Below are positions 21,216 through 30,131 of a stretch of 64,000 bases of DNA, piece by piece. Numbering within the stretch: position 1 is the stretch's first letter; the number at the start of each line of letters is the position of its first letter. The stretch lies in assembly GCA_019634005.1 (NCBI GenBank), contig JAHQWD010000003.1, positions 304,539 to 368,538 of the forward strand, given 5' to 3'. A program made the translations under genes and the position numbers. The notes under the pieces are model-generated. The model ran no database searches. It was not told the origin of the DNA and was given only the letters and a program-made list of their open reading frames with translations. The DNA comes from Candidatus Kaiserbacteria bacterium. Its GTDB lineage: Bacteria > Patescibacteriota > Minisyncoccia > Phycocordibacterales > UBA918.

Positions 21216-24200
21216 TTACACTTCCTCACGCTTAAGGTCTACATCAAGTGAGAGACCTCGAAGCTGATTAACCAAGACATTGAACGCCGCTGGTGTGTAT
21301 GGATGACTAATCCGCTCACCACGAACGATTGCGTCAAAGGCTGCCGATCGACCTACAATATCGTCAGACTTAATCGTGAGCATCTCACGAAGCGTGTATG
21401 CCGCTCCGTATCCAAGCAGTGCCCACACCTCCATCTCTCCGAAGCGCTGTCCTCCGACCTGCGCACGTCCACCAAGTGGCTGCTGGGTAATGAGAGAGTA
21501 TGGACCAATAGAACGCATGTGAATCTTGTCCTCCACCATGTGGTGTAGTTTCAAGATGTACATGAATCCAACAGACGTCTTCTGCGCGAACTCTTCTCCC
21601 GTACGTCCATCACGAAGCCACATCTTTCCATCCTCTGAGAGTCCAGCTTCCTTGAGCTCCTTCTTAATCTCTGTCTCGCTTGCTCCTGCAAATGGTGGCA
21701 CGATTGCCTGGTATCCAAGCGTGTGTGCAGCCATACCAAGGTGTAACTCGAGAATCTGTCCGAGGTTCATACGAGATGGCACTCCAAGTGGAGTAAGGAG
21801 AATGTCGATTGGACGTCCATCCTCTGTGTACGGCATGTCTTCCTCTGGAAGAATACGTGAGATAACTCCCTTGTTACCGTGACGTCCTGCAAGCTTGTCT
21901 CCCACTGATACGTTACGTACCTGCGCGACCGTAATGTGGATACGCTTGATAACACCACTCTCAAGGTTGTCTCCTGCTTCACGTGAGAATACCTTAACCC
22001 CAATAACACGCCCCTGCTTTCCAGCCTCAAGACGAAGTGAAGTGTCTTTCACGTCTTTAGCCTTCTCTCCGAAGATAGAACGGAGGAGTCGCTCCTCTGG
22101 AGTCAGTTGTGTCTCACCCTTTGGTGTCACCTTACCTACGAGAATATCTCCTGGACGAATTTCTGCTCCGACACGGATGATTCCGTTCTCATCAAGGTTA
22201 CGAAGTTTCAGTTCTGATACATTCGGGATATCAGGTGTCGTTACTTCAGGTCCAAGCTTGGTGTCACGCACGGCGACCTCAAACTCTTCCATGTGGATGG
22301 TCGCAAACTTACTATCCTTTACCAGACGCTCTGAAATAATAATCGCGTCCTCGTAGTTTGCTCCACTCCAACTCATAAACGCGACAAGTGCATTCTGCCC
22401 TACTGCAATCTGCCCATTGTCTGTTGTAGAGGTATCAGCAAGAAGATCTCCTCGCTTTACCTTGTCTCCAACGGTCACTGCAGCACGATGATAGAATGCA
22501 GAGAAGTCATTCGTACGCTGGAATGACGTGAGTGGGTACTCATCTTTCTTTCCCTTCTTGTTTTTCACCACGATGTGACGAGCATCACATTCAATAACTT
22601 CTCCTGCCTCATGTGCAAAGATCACACGTCCTGTATCACGTGCAGCCATCTGCTCGATTCCAGTTCCGACAAGTGGCGCCTCCTGAATAACACATGGAGT
22701 CGCCTGCTTTTGCATGTTTGATCCCATGAGCGCACGGTTGGCGTCGTCATGATTGAGAAATGGAATCATTGAGGTCGCAACAGAGAATGCCTGGTTTGTT
22801 GCAATATCGATGTAGTCCACATCTTTCTTCGCAACTACCTTTGGCTCTCCACCACGACGTGCCTCCACCATAGACTGGGTGATCTTTCCAGACTCATCCA
22901 TTCGTGTTGCCGCGTGTGCAATGTTAAATGGCTCTTCTTCATGTGCATTGAGGTATACAATTTCTCCTGTCACTGTTCCTTTCTCTACCTTCGCGTAGGG
23001 GGTCTCGATGATACCGAAGCGGTTTACACGAGCATACATTGAGAGACGAAGGATGAGTCCAATGTTTGGTCCCTCAGGTGTGTGGATTGGACAAAGACGC
23101 CCGTAGTGAGAGGTATGTACGTCACGCACCTCAAACCCTGCACGTTCTCGGGTCAGTCCTCCTGGACCGAGTGCTGATACCGTACGAAGTCCCTCCACCT
23201 CAGCAAGGATGTTCTGCTGTTGCATGAACTGTGAAAGCTGGTTGGTGGTGAAGAACTCCTTGATAGTTGCCTGAAGTGGACGCGGATTTACCAACTGAAT
23301 TGGAAGTGACGTCTCTGCTTCAATAGTAGACATGCGATCCTGAATGTTTCGCTTCATACGCGTCATTCCCACACGAACACGCTGCTGGAGCATCTCGCCG
23401 AAGTACCGTACACGACGGAACCCGAGGTGATCGATATCATCTGCGAGTGATCCTGGAGTCTGATTGAGTTCAATAATGTGCTTGATGATAGCAACAACAT
23501 CCTCGAGAGACACGGTACGCTTCTCAACCGCCTTCGGTGTGGTTGGCAGTCCAAATCGTTCATTGAAGTGGTGGCGTCCGATCTCTGAAAGGTCGTAACG
23601 AGATTCATCAAAGATAGAGTAGATAAACTCTCGGGCATTCTCTACAGTTGCAAGGTCTCCATCACGAAGACGACGATATATCTCTAATACAGAGTCGTCA
23701 GTTGTTTCTGCAGGATCTTTCTCAAGCGTAGTCTTGAGCACTTCCTCTGCACCATCAACTCCTTTGAAGAGTTTTAGCATATCCTTATCACTCTCTACTC
23801 CAAGGACACGGAGAAGTGAAGAGATTGGGAACTTGCGCTTACGATCAATCTTTACGTAGATTGCTCCATCATGCTCTGACTCGATTTCAACCCATGCACC
23901 ACGTGCAGGGATGATCTTCGCACCAAAGAATGTCTTGCCTTTCTGCTCTTGTGATGTGAAGAAGATTCCGTACGAACGTGCAAGCTGTGGCACGATAACA
24001 CGCTCCACACCATTGATGATAAAGGTACCGTGTTCGGTCATAACGGGGATGTCTGCAAGGAATACTTCCTGATCCTTTGCACCACCGAAAGTTTTGTTCT
24101 TCAGTGTGATGTTCGCACGAACGGGTGCATCGTAGGTGAGCTTGTTCTCCTTTGCATGCTCTGGAGTACATTTCGGCTGCCCCACCTCATACTTGTTAAA

Positions 24201-24407
24201 GAGAAGCTCAAACTTCTTATCTGAGTAGTCTGCAATTGGAGAGAACTCCTGAAATACCTCCTTGAGCGCCTCTTCAATGAACCACTTATATGATTCACGC
24301 TGCGGCTCAATAAGATCTGGAAGATCTACCCGCGGCTGTCGGAAAGACTCGAATGTCTTCTTCGGCATCTGCCCAACAGTCTGCATTGTTGTGTCCTTTT
24401 TTGCCAT
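21216..24407 (-). CDS. rpoB: RNA polymerase beta subunit
   Basis: GTFIINGVERV, RDVHTSHYGRLCP, GDKLAGRHGNKG and GGQRFGEME. Confidence 0.99.
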   Translation of the reverse strand: MAKKDTTMQTVGQMPKKTFESFRQPRVDLPDLIEPQRESYKWFIEEALKEVFQEFSPIADYSDKKFELLFNKYEVGQPKCTPEHAKENKLTYDAPVRANITLKNKTFGGAKDQEVFLADIPVMTEHGTFIINGVERVIVPQLARSYGIFFTSQEQKGKTFFGAKIIPARGAWVEIESEHDGAIYVKIDRKRKFPISSLLRVLGVESDKDMLKLFKGVDGAEEVLKTTLEKDPAETTDDSVLEIYRRLRDGDLATVENAREFIYSIFDESRYDLSEIGRHHFNERFGLPTTPKAVEKRTVSLEDVVAIIKHIIELNQTPGSLADDIDHLGFRRVRYFGEMLQQRVRVGMTRMKRNIQDRMSTIEAETSLPIQLVNPRPLQATIKEFFTTNQLSQFMQQQNILAEVEGLRTVSALGPGGLTRERAGFEVRDVHTSHYGRLCPIHTPEGPNIGLILRLSMYARVNRFGIIETPYAKVEKGTVTGEIVYLNAHEEEPFNIAHAATRMDESGKITQSMVEARRGGEPKVVAKKDVDYIDIATNQAFSVATSMIPFLNHDDANRALMGSNMQKQATPCVIQEAPLVGTGIEQMAARDTGRVIFAHEAGEVIECDARHIVVKNKKGKKDEYPLTSFQRTNDFSAFYHRAAVTVGDKVKRGDLLADTSTTDNGQIAVGQNALVAFMSWSGANYEDAIIISERLVKDSKFATIHMEEFEVAVRDTKLGPEVTTPDIPNVSELKLRNLDENGIIRVGAEIRPGDILVGKVTPKGETQLTPEERLLRSIFGEKAKDVKDTSLRLEAGKQGRVIGVKVFSREAGDNLESGVIKRIHITVAQVRNVSVGDKLAGRHGNKGVISRILPEEDMPYTEDGRPIDILLTPLGVPSRMNLGQILELHLGMAAHTLGYQAIVPPFAGASETEIKKELKEAGLSEDGKMWLRDGRTGEEFAQKTSVGFMYILKLHHMVEDKIHMRSIGPYSLITQQPLGGRAQVGGQRFGEMEVWALLGYGAAYTLREMLTIKSDDIVGRSAAFDAIVRGERISHPYTPAAFNVLVNQLRGLSLDVDLKREEV

Positions 24408-24577
24408 TATCTATCGCTTAAACTGAAAATGCTCACCCTATAACGCAAAAACCGCGTCAAAAGACGCGCTGACCGTTTACCACACTAGACGGTTCGTGCT
24501 TGCATTAAATATCGTGATGAATTGAAAACCTCCAAAAACCCTCTTCCCGAAACTCAATCGATGGATTTAGTACCAAG

Positions 24578-24606
24578 AGTCTAACGTGATTGCGTAAAAT
24601 CGTCAA
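24578..24606 (-). promoter_or_regulatory. Sigma70 promoter of rpoBC
   Basis: TTGACG-N17-TAGACT on the minus strand, about 170 nt upstream of the rpoB ATG. Confidence 0.7.
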
Positions 24607-24638
24607 CCGGTCAAGAGAGGATTGTGGGTAAAGAAAAC

Positions 24639-24671
24639 ACCCCGCCAAAGGCAAGGTGCCTTTGGCGGGGT
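24639..24671. terminator. Intrinsic terminator of the orphan gene
   Basis: ACCCCGCCAAAGGCA-AGG-TGCCTTTGGCGGGGT followed by GTTTTCTTT on the minus strand. Confidence 0.8.
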
Positions 24672-24679
24672 TTGTGCTT

Positions 24680-25582
24680 TTACTTCGGGAACGGAATGAA
24701 GAGCAGTTCTTGATGTTCATACCGGCTTACGAAGACACCCATCGGGTGCAACCCCAAGGGATCGGACCAGGTACAACCTGAGACGGTGTTGAACGGGACA
24801 CCCATGATCGAGAATCTTATGGCATATTCACGATCGTTGAGCTTGATCTCTTCAGCTGAAATCACACCCAGTTCCGGATGGAACATGACATCACCGCCCT
24901 CAGTATATGCCTGCGAGTTGAACGAATGCTTCAACCCGCCAGTGAAGTCCATGACGACAACATCACCGGTATCACAGTGAAGAATGATGCCGTCCTTGTA
25001 GCCGAAGATGCCGTCGTCTTCAAGGTCCGGACGATACCATTCGTCCCCACCGAAGCTGAATGTTTCTGGGAGCGTAAAGATATACCCATCATTGAGCCAG
25101 ACCTTCCCGCTTTCATCATAATCAATGATGATACAGCCATCGTACGCAGGTGCAAGATGGTGCCGTTCGTCATACTTTGAAGTGAGCAACCGATTACCGT
25201 TCGGCGTCACCAGATGAACTTCATTTGTGGAAATCACCAGGATGCCTTGCGGATGAGGAATGCACTGACCAGGCCCCTCATAGAGCAATTTTCCGTTCAA
25301 TAAACACCGACGGCCGGTCTCGGTGGCTTCATACGTGAGGAAACCGAGAAGGTTTTGCTCACGACCAACGTGACAATGTCCTTCCTCCTCATAAAGAAGT
25401 TCCATGCCATTCAATAGAAGCCTCCTTCCTTCACAAGCAAGTACGTAGCCTTCCTGGTGCGGAGCGAAGTCCACCCGCTCACCGTGCCCCATACTGGGAT
25501 TTGCGACGATGACATCGCCATCTTGGTATTGTTCGAGAAGCTCACTGAAAGAACCCTCAGCGATTGATCTTACAAGTTTCAT
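24680..25582 (-). CDS. Hypothetical orphan protein, probable beta-propeller (300 aa), SD-led
   Basis: Repeated blade-like motifs (PHQEGYVL, PHPQGILV, PAYDGCII, GYKDGIIL, HPELGVIS, HPMGVFVS; RRLLLNGMELLYE / RRCLLNGKLLYE). SD AAAGGAGG. Confidence 0.75.
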   Translation of the reverse strand: MKLVRSIAEGSFSELLEQYQDGDVIVANPSMGHGERVDFAPHQEGYVLACEGRRLLLNGMELLYEEEGHCHVGREQNLLGFLTYEATETGRRCLLNGKLLYEGPGQCIPHPQGILVISTNEVHLVTPNGNRLLTSKYDERHHLAPAYDGCIIIDYDESGKVWLNDGYIFTLPETFSFGGDEWYRPDLEDDGIFGYKDGIILHCDTGDVVVMDFTGGLKHSFNSQAYTEGGDVMFHPELGVISAEEIKLNDREYAIRFSIMGVPFNTVSGCTWSDPLGLHPMGVFVSRYEHQELLFIPFPK

Positions 25583-25629
25583 TTCCTAGCCCTCCTTTGT
25601 GCTAGTTTTTAACCTTCAACCTAAAGACG

Positions 25630-25658
25630 AAGATACAATAAAATATTGTATCGGTCAA
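25630..25658 (-). promoter_or_regulatory. Sigma70 promoter of the orphan gene with a palindromic operator-like site
   Basis: TTGACC-N17-TATCTT, where the -35 contains the trmD TGA. GATACAATA-N3-TATTGTATC at 25632-25652. Confidence 0.65.
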
Positions 25659-26323
25659 CCCTTCTTCCTCCTCCACTCCTCTATCTTCTTGTGATTCCCC
25701 TCTACCAATACCTTTGGTACTTTATACTTCCTTCCTTTATATTCCAAAACCTCAGGACGTGTATACATCTCTCCACTTGAAACACGCTCTTCCTCGAGAG
25801 ACTCAAAAGTACCAAGCACCCCTGGGATCTGACGTGACACAGAGTCTACGACAGAAAGCACAGGAAGCTCTCCTCCTGTGAGCACATAATCCCCTACTGA
25901 AACCTCTTCTGCCTTGAGTGCTTTCTTCACACGTGCATCAATTCCTTCGTAGCGACCACTGATTAACACGAGATGCTTATATTTCTTGGCAAGATTCTTT
26001 GCCATCTTTGTATCAAACTTCTTTCCACGTGGCGCCATGATAAGCACCTTCACATCTTTCTTTCGTCCAATGGCTTTCTGTGTGGCTTTCAGTACAGGCT
26101 CTGCCGCCATAACCATACCAGGACCACCTCCATACGGTCGATCATCTACCTTCTTATGTTTTCCTTTTGCGTAATCTCGTGGGTTGTAATATGAGACTTC
26201 TATCTTTTTTCCACGACTCTTTGCCCCCTTTCCTTTCTCCGTTTTCTGCGCACGACCTAAAACACTGGCGTCTGTGTACGCCTTACATACTTCAGGAAAC
26301 AGTGTGACGATATGAAAATGCAT
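25655..26323 (-). CDS. trmD: tRNA (guanine37-N1)-methyltransferase
   Basis: VDDRPYGGGPGM, GRYEGIDAR and SVGDYVLTGGE. Confidence 0.97.
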   Translation of the reverse strand: MHFHIVTLFPEVCKAYTDASVLGRAQKTEKGKGAKSRGKKIEVSYYNPRDYAKGKHKKVDDRPYGGGPGMVMAAEPVLKATQKAIGRKKDVKVLIMAPRGKKFDTKMAKNLAKKYKHLVLISGRYEGIDARVKKALKAEEVSVGDYVLTGGELPVLSVVDSVSRQIPGVLGTFESLEEERVSSGEMYTRPEVLEYKGRKYKVPKVLVEGNHKKIEEWRRKKG

Positions 26324-26326
26324 GTT

Positions 26327-26812
26327 CTATGTAATTAACTCATCTCGTAACTTCATCCAGATCTTACCCATACGATTCTCTCCTTTACTACCATCCTTAG
26401 TCATGCCCCAGTATGTATCAGGAGCATAGACCTTATGGAGCTCCCTATCTCCCGACGCCTTAAGGAGCACTCCAATATCTGGATGTTGTGCAAGCTTTGC
26501 ACGAAACAATACTTCCATAACCGTATCTTTATCGTAGTCCTGTACTGCAAGATCTGGATCATTCTTATATTTCTGTCCAATACGCCATGCATCCATAGGA
26601 CTAGGAGCATGCTTTATCTCATCACGTTCTGGTCCAGATTTGATCCGTGATGCTTGGTACGCATGTTCTACGGTCGGGAATACCTCGTCCCATATCTCAA
26701 TACGGTGTGCAGAAAATGGAGAAAGGTATGTAAATATATCCTCCACAAAATTAATAGGTTCCTTAGATTCAGGATCAAAACCCTCTCTCATATATAGATC
26801 TCCCATATACAT
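26327..26812 (-). CDS. NADAR (YbiA-like) family protein
   Basis: LSPFS...FPTVEHAYQA...AKLAQH...DTYWG...GENRMGKIWMKLR. The exact start Met is uncertain. Confidence 0.88.
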   Translation of the reverse strand: MYMGDLYMREGFDPESKEPINFVEDIFTYLSPFSAHRIEIWDEVFPTVEHAYQASRIKSGPERDEIKHAPSPMDAWRIGQKYKNDPDLAVQDYDKDTVMEVLFRAKLAQHPDIGVLLKASGDRELHKVYAPDTYWGMTKDGSKGENRMGKIWMKLRDELIT

Positions 26813-26827
26813 AATTGGAGTCTAGCA

Positions 26828-26863
26828 TACAAAAACACAGCAGTCCCCTGCTGTGTTTTTGTA
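26828..26863. terminator. Intrinsic terminator after the KH-domain gene
   Basis: TACAAAAACACAGCAG-TCCC-CTGCTGTGTTTTTGTA. Confidence 0.8.
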
Positions 26864-26876
26864 AAGATATTTAAAT

Positions 26877-27161
26877 CTATGCTTCGTCGCTTCCAGAGAC
26901 CACCACACCACGTCCTCCTTCTGGCTCATTAATCTTGAGATTTACTCGAGCATCATGTTTCATGCCCACGACGCGGAGTAACGTTCGGATTGCTTTGGCG
27001 GTATTTCCAGAGCGTCCGATAATCTTCCCCATGTCCTCGGCATGTACATCAAGCGTAAGCAATACACCCATCTCATCAACGGTACGATCTACCTTTACAT
27101 CCTCAGGATGGTCTACTAATGCTTTCACGAGATTCTCAAGGAATTGCTGATCTTCTTGCAT
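26877..27161 (-). CDS. khpA: KH-domain RNA-binding protein (KhpA/YlqC)
   Basis: LVKALVDHPEDV...DMGKIIGRSGNTAKAIRTLL, in the rpsP-khpA-trmD context. Confidence 0.9.
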   Translation of the reverse strand: MQEDQQFLENLVKALVDHPEDVKVDRTVDEMGVLLTLDVHAEDMGKIIGRSGNTAKAIRTLLRVVGMKHDARVNLKINEPEGGRGVVVSGSDEA

Positions 27162-27226
27162 GGTATTTGTTGTTGTATTGCTGTTATTGCTACTAGGCGA
27201 GGCCGCAACAACTTCGCGTTACTTTT

Positions 27227-27255
27227 ATAATAGAAAAGTACACCCTATACGTCAA
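27227..27255 (-). promoter_or_regulatory. Sigma70 promoter of khpA
   Basis: TTGACG-N17-TATTAT on the minus strand, directly after the rpsP terminator hairpin (27254-27284). Confidence 0.65.
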
Positions 27256-27301
27256 CGGACGCATGGGCAAACCATGCGTCCGTTTTATATGAGAAAGTGA
27301 G

Positions 27302-27799
27302 TTACTCTGCCTTCTCCTCTTCTTTTGGAGTCTCTTCCGAAGATTCCTCAGCAGGAGTTTCCTCCTCTGTTGGCTTTTCTTCTTCAGCAGGAGCCTCTTC
27401 CTCCTTTGGCTCCTCTGCTGGAGTTTCCTCTGGAGTAGACTCTTCTGCAGGAGTTTCCTCAGCTGGCGCCTCATCAGTAGACTCCTCTGCTGTTGGTGCT
27501 TCTTCCTCAGGCTGCTCACTAATAATTGGAGATTTCTTAGGAAGTACGTTTACTGCCTTCCCTTCAATCACTCCGTTCTTGACCAGAAGGTTGTGTACCG
27601 TATCAGATACCTGTACTCCCTTTGCGATCCAATCCTTGGCTTTATCACCGTCAATCTGGAACTGGTTCAACTTTGGATTGTATGAGCCAATCAGATCTAC
27701 GTGCTTGCCGCTTTTTGGACCGCGACGAGAGTCAGTTACTACAACACGGAACGACGCATCGTTCTTCCGACCTGTTCTTTGTAATCGCATTTTTAGCAT
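27302..27799 (-). CDS. rpsP: 30S ribosomal protein S16 with acidic Glu/Pro/Ala-rich C-terminal extension
   Basis: MLKMRLQRTGRKNDASFRVVVTDSR...GSYNP, followed by EETPAEE repeats. Confidence 0.95.
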   Translation of the reverse strand: MLKMRLQRTGRKNDASFRVVVTDSRRGPKSGKHVDLIGSYNPKLNQFQIDGDKAKDWIAKGVQVSDTVHNLLVKNGVIEGKAVNVLPKKSPIISEQPEEEAPTAEESTDEAPAEETPAEESTPEETPAEEPKEEEAPAEEEKPTEEETPAEESSEETPKEEEKAE

Positions 27800-27864
27800 G
27801 ACCGAGAGAATACCAGATACAGGGCACATGGTCAACTGGTAGTCAGCATGTTATAGTCACGTCA

Positions 27865-29787
27865 ATGCAAGAAAAAGAACTGGAGGGAGTCATCGCAATC
27901 CGAGGCAAAGGCTTCGGTTTTGTTAACATCCCCGACCAAGAGGACGATATCTACATTCCCGTAGAAGAAACGGGCACCGCACTTGATACCGACGTCGTGC
28001 GTATTTCAGTCAGTCCCGCAAAAGACGGCAAGCGCGCCGAAGGGCGTGTGCTTGAGATTATCTCCCGTGGACACGAAGAGCTCATTGGCGTGGTAGAAAA
28101 GGACGGAGAGAACTATATATTGAATCCAGACAACAGACGTATCCACATAAAACCGATACTTCCGTCTGCAACCCAGACTGATGAAGGTATGAAGGTGGCC
28201 GCCACCCTTGATGCGTGGACAGACCGAGAAAAAACACCGACTGCACAGATTGTCGATACCCTTGGTGTTGCGGGACAACACGAGACAGAAATGCAAGCCA
28301 TTATCCGCAGTGGTGGATTCTCTGAAGACTTCCCTCGTGAAGTGCAGGATGCTGCACAAGAACTCCATAAGAATCAGGCACAGATTTTCGCTGACGCAGA
28401 AAAAGATCCAAAGCGTCGTGATATGCGTGGCACCACTACCATGACCATCGATCCTGCGGACGCAAAGGACTTTGATGACGCACTCTCTTTCGAGATGCTT
28501 CCAAATGGAAATCGCGAAATCGGTATCCATATTGCAGACGTGTCACATTACGTAACTGAAGGAGATCCACTTGATGTAGAGGCGGCAGAACGAGGTACTT
28601 CTATTTACCTTGTAGACCGTGTGATTCCCATGCTTCCAGAGATTCTTTCAAATGACCTCTGTTCCCTACGCCCAGATGAGGACCGTCTCGCGTTCTCTGC
28701 TGTTTTTGAGATCAATGAACATGGAAAGGTCGTCGACGAGTGGTACGGACAGACACTGATCCATTCAGATAAGCGATTCTCTTATGAAGATGCGCAGAAG
28801 GTACTTGATGACGATGAAGGAGAATATCATGAGGAACTCTCAGAGATGATGCGTCTTGCACGTATTATCCGCAAAGCACGGTATGCAGCAGGAGCTATTG
28901 CGTTTGAGCAGCCCGAGGTACGCTTTGAGCTTGATGATGCAGGAAAGCCTGTCCGTGTGTACACCAAGGAGCGTACCGAGACCATGCTTATGATCGAGGA
29001 CTACATGCTTCTTGCAAACCAAAGCGTCTCTACATTCATCAACGAGCTCTCAAAGAAAAATGGGAAGGACGCTGCATTCATCTATCGTATCCACGACATG
29101 CCAGACGCGGAGCGTATTGAGGAACTCGCGATTTTCCTCAAAGCACTTGGATACGAACTTAAGACACATAAAGGTGTCGTAGAGGCAAAGGATATAAATA
29201 AGCTCATGAAGGAAGTTGAAGGAACTCCCGAAGAAGCACTCATTAAGACCGCAACCATCCGCTCTATGGCGAAAGCAATCTACTCTACCAAGAACATTGG
29301 CCACTTTGGTCTTGCATTTAAATACTACTCTCACTTCACCTCTCCAATCCGTCGTTACCCAGATCTTATGGCACACCGTTTGCTTCGAAAGCATCTCGAT
29401 AATTCTCCAATCTCTGGAAGAGAGAAGACACGATACGAAAAACTCTCTGTGCAATCTTCAGAGCGTGAGCTCAATGCAGTACGCGCAGAGCGAGACTCTA
29501 TTAAATACAAGCAGGTGGAATACATGCTTGATAAAGTGGGACAAGAGTTTGATGGAACCGTTACAGGTGTCTCAGATTGGGGTATCTACGTACAGGATAA
29601 TGAATCCCGAGCGGAAGGTATGGTACGACTCTCTGAAATTAAAGGAGACTACTTTGAGCACGAAGCAAGCAAGTACCGTATCAAGGGACAAAAGACTGGA
29701 AAATCGTACCAACTTGGAGATGAGGTGCGTATCAAGCTTGTAAAAGCAGATATGGAGGAGAAAAATCTCGATTTCGTGCTTGTGTAA
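27865..29787 (+). CDS. rnr: Ribonuclease R
   Basis: GFGFV, TIDPADAKDFDDA, HIADVSHYV, HFTSPIRRYPDL and a C-terminal S1 domain. Confidence 0.95.
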   Translation: MQEKELEGVIAIRGKGFGFVNIPDQEDDIYIPVEETGTALDTDVVRISVSPAKDGKRAEGRVLEIISRGHEELIGVVEKDGENYILNPDNRRIHIKPILPSATQTDEGMKVAATLDAWTDREKTPTAQIVDTLGVAGQHETEMQAIIRSGGFSEDFPREVQDAAQELHKNQAQIFADAEKDPKRRDMRGTTTMTIDPADAKDFDDALSFEMLPNGNREIGIHIADVSHYVTEGDPLDVEAAERGTSIYLVDRVIPMLPEILSNDLCSLRPDEDRLAFSAVFEINEHGKVVDEWYGQTLIHSDKRFSYEDAQKVLDDDEGEYHEELSEMMRLARIIRKARYAAGAIAFEQPEVRFELDDAGKPVRVYTKERTETMLMIEDYMLLANQSVSTFINELSKKNGKDAAFIYRIHDMPDAERIEELAIFLKALGYELKTHKGVVEAKDINKLMKEVEGTPEEALIKTATIRSMAKAIYSTKNIGHFGLAFKYYSHFTSPIRRYPDLMAHRLLRKHLDNSPISGREKTRYEKLSVQSSERELNAVRAERDSIKYKQVEYMLDKVGQEFDGTVTGVSDWGIYVQDNESRAEGMVRLSEIKGDYFEHEASKYRIKGQKTGKSYQLGDEVRIKLVKADMEEKNLDFVLV

Positions 29788-29833
29788 AATAGTGGTATAG
29801 TGCGGCAGTTCGACAACCATAGGGAGAGATTCC

Positions 29834-30100
29834 ATGTTTGATCGGGACGGGACGCGGGCTTGCCCAGTTTATAAGGGTGAGACGCACAGGTACAGACTGT
29901 ACCTCCATGCGCGCAAGGAACGCGATCTTGATACATACTATAAAAGACTGCTACGCAATCACCCTCTTCTGAATATCACCTTGAAGGAGAGGGCAAGTGC
30001 CCAAAGGCAAGAATTCTTGCTTACGGCAACGCACGCAGAGATGTGTATGCTCACCAAGAATCTTCCTGAAGATATTTGGGAAGCGTGGGAAGAAATCTAG
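29834..30100 (+). CDS. Hypothetical orphan protein (88 aa), SD-led
   Basis: Extended -10 TGGTATAGT just after the rnr stop, AGGGAGAG SD, and a hairpin at 30099-30129. Confidence 0.6.
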   Translation: MFDRDGTRACPVYKGETHRYRLYLHARKERDLDTYYKRLLRNHPLLNITLKERASAQRQEFLLTATHAEMCMLTKNLPEDIWEAWEEI

Positions 30101-30131
30101 TGGTTCGCATATATCCTGTGCGGACCACTCT

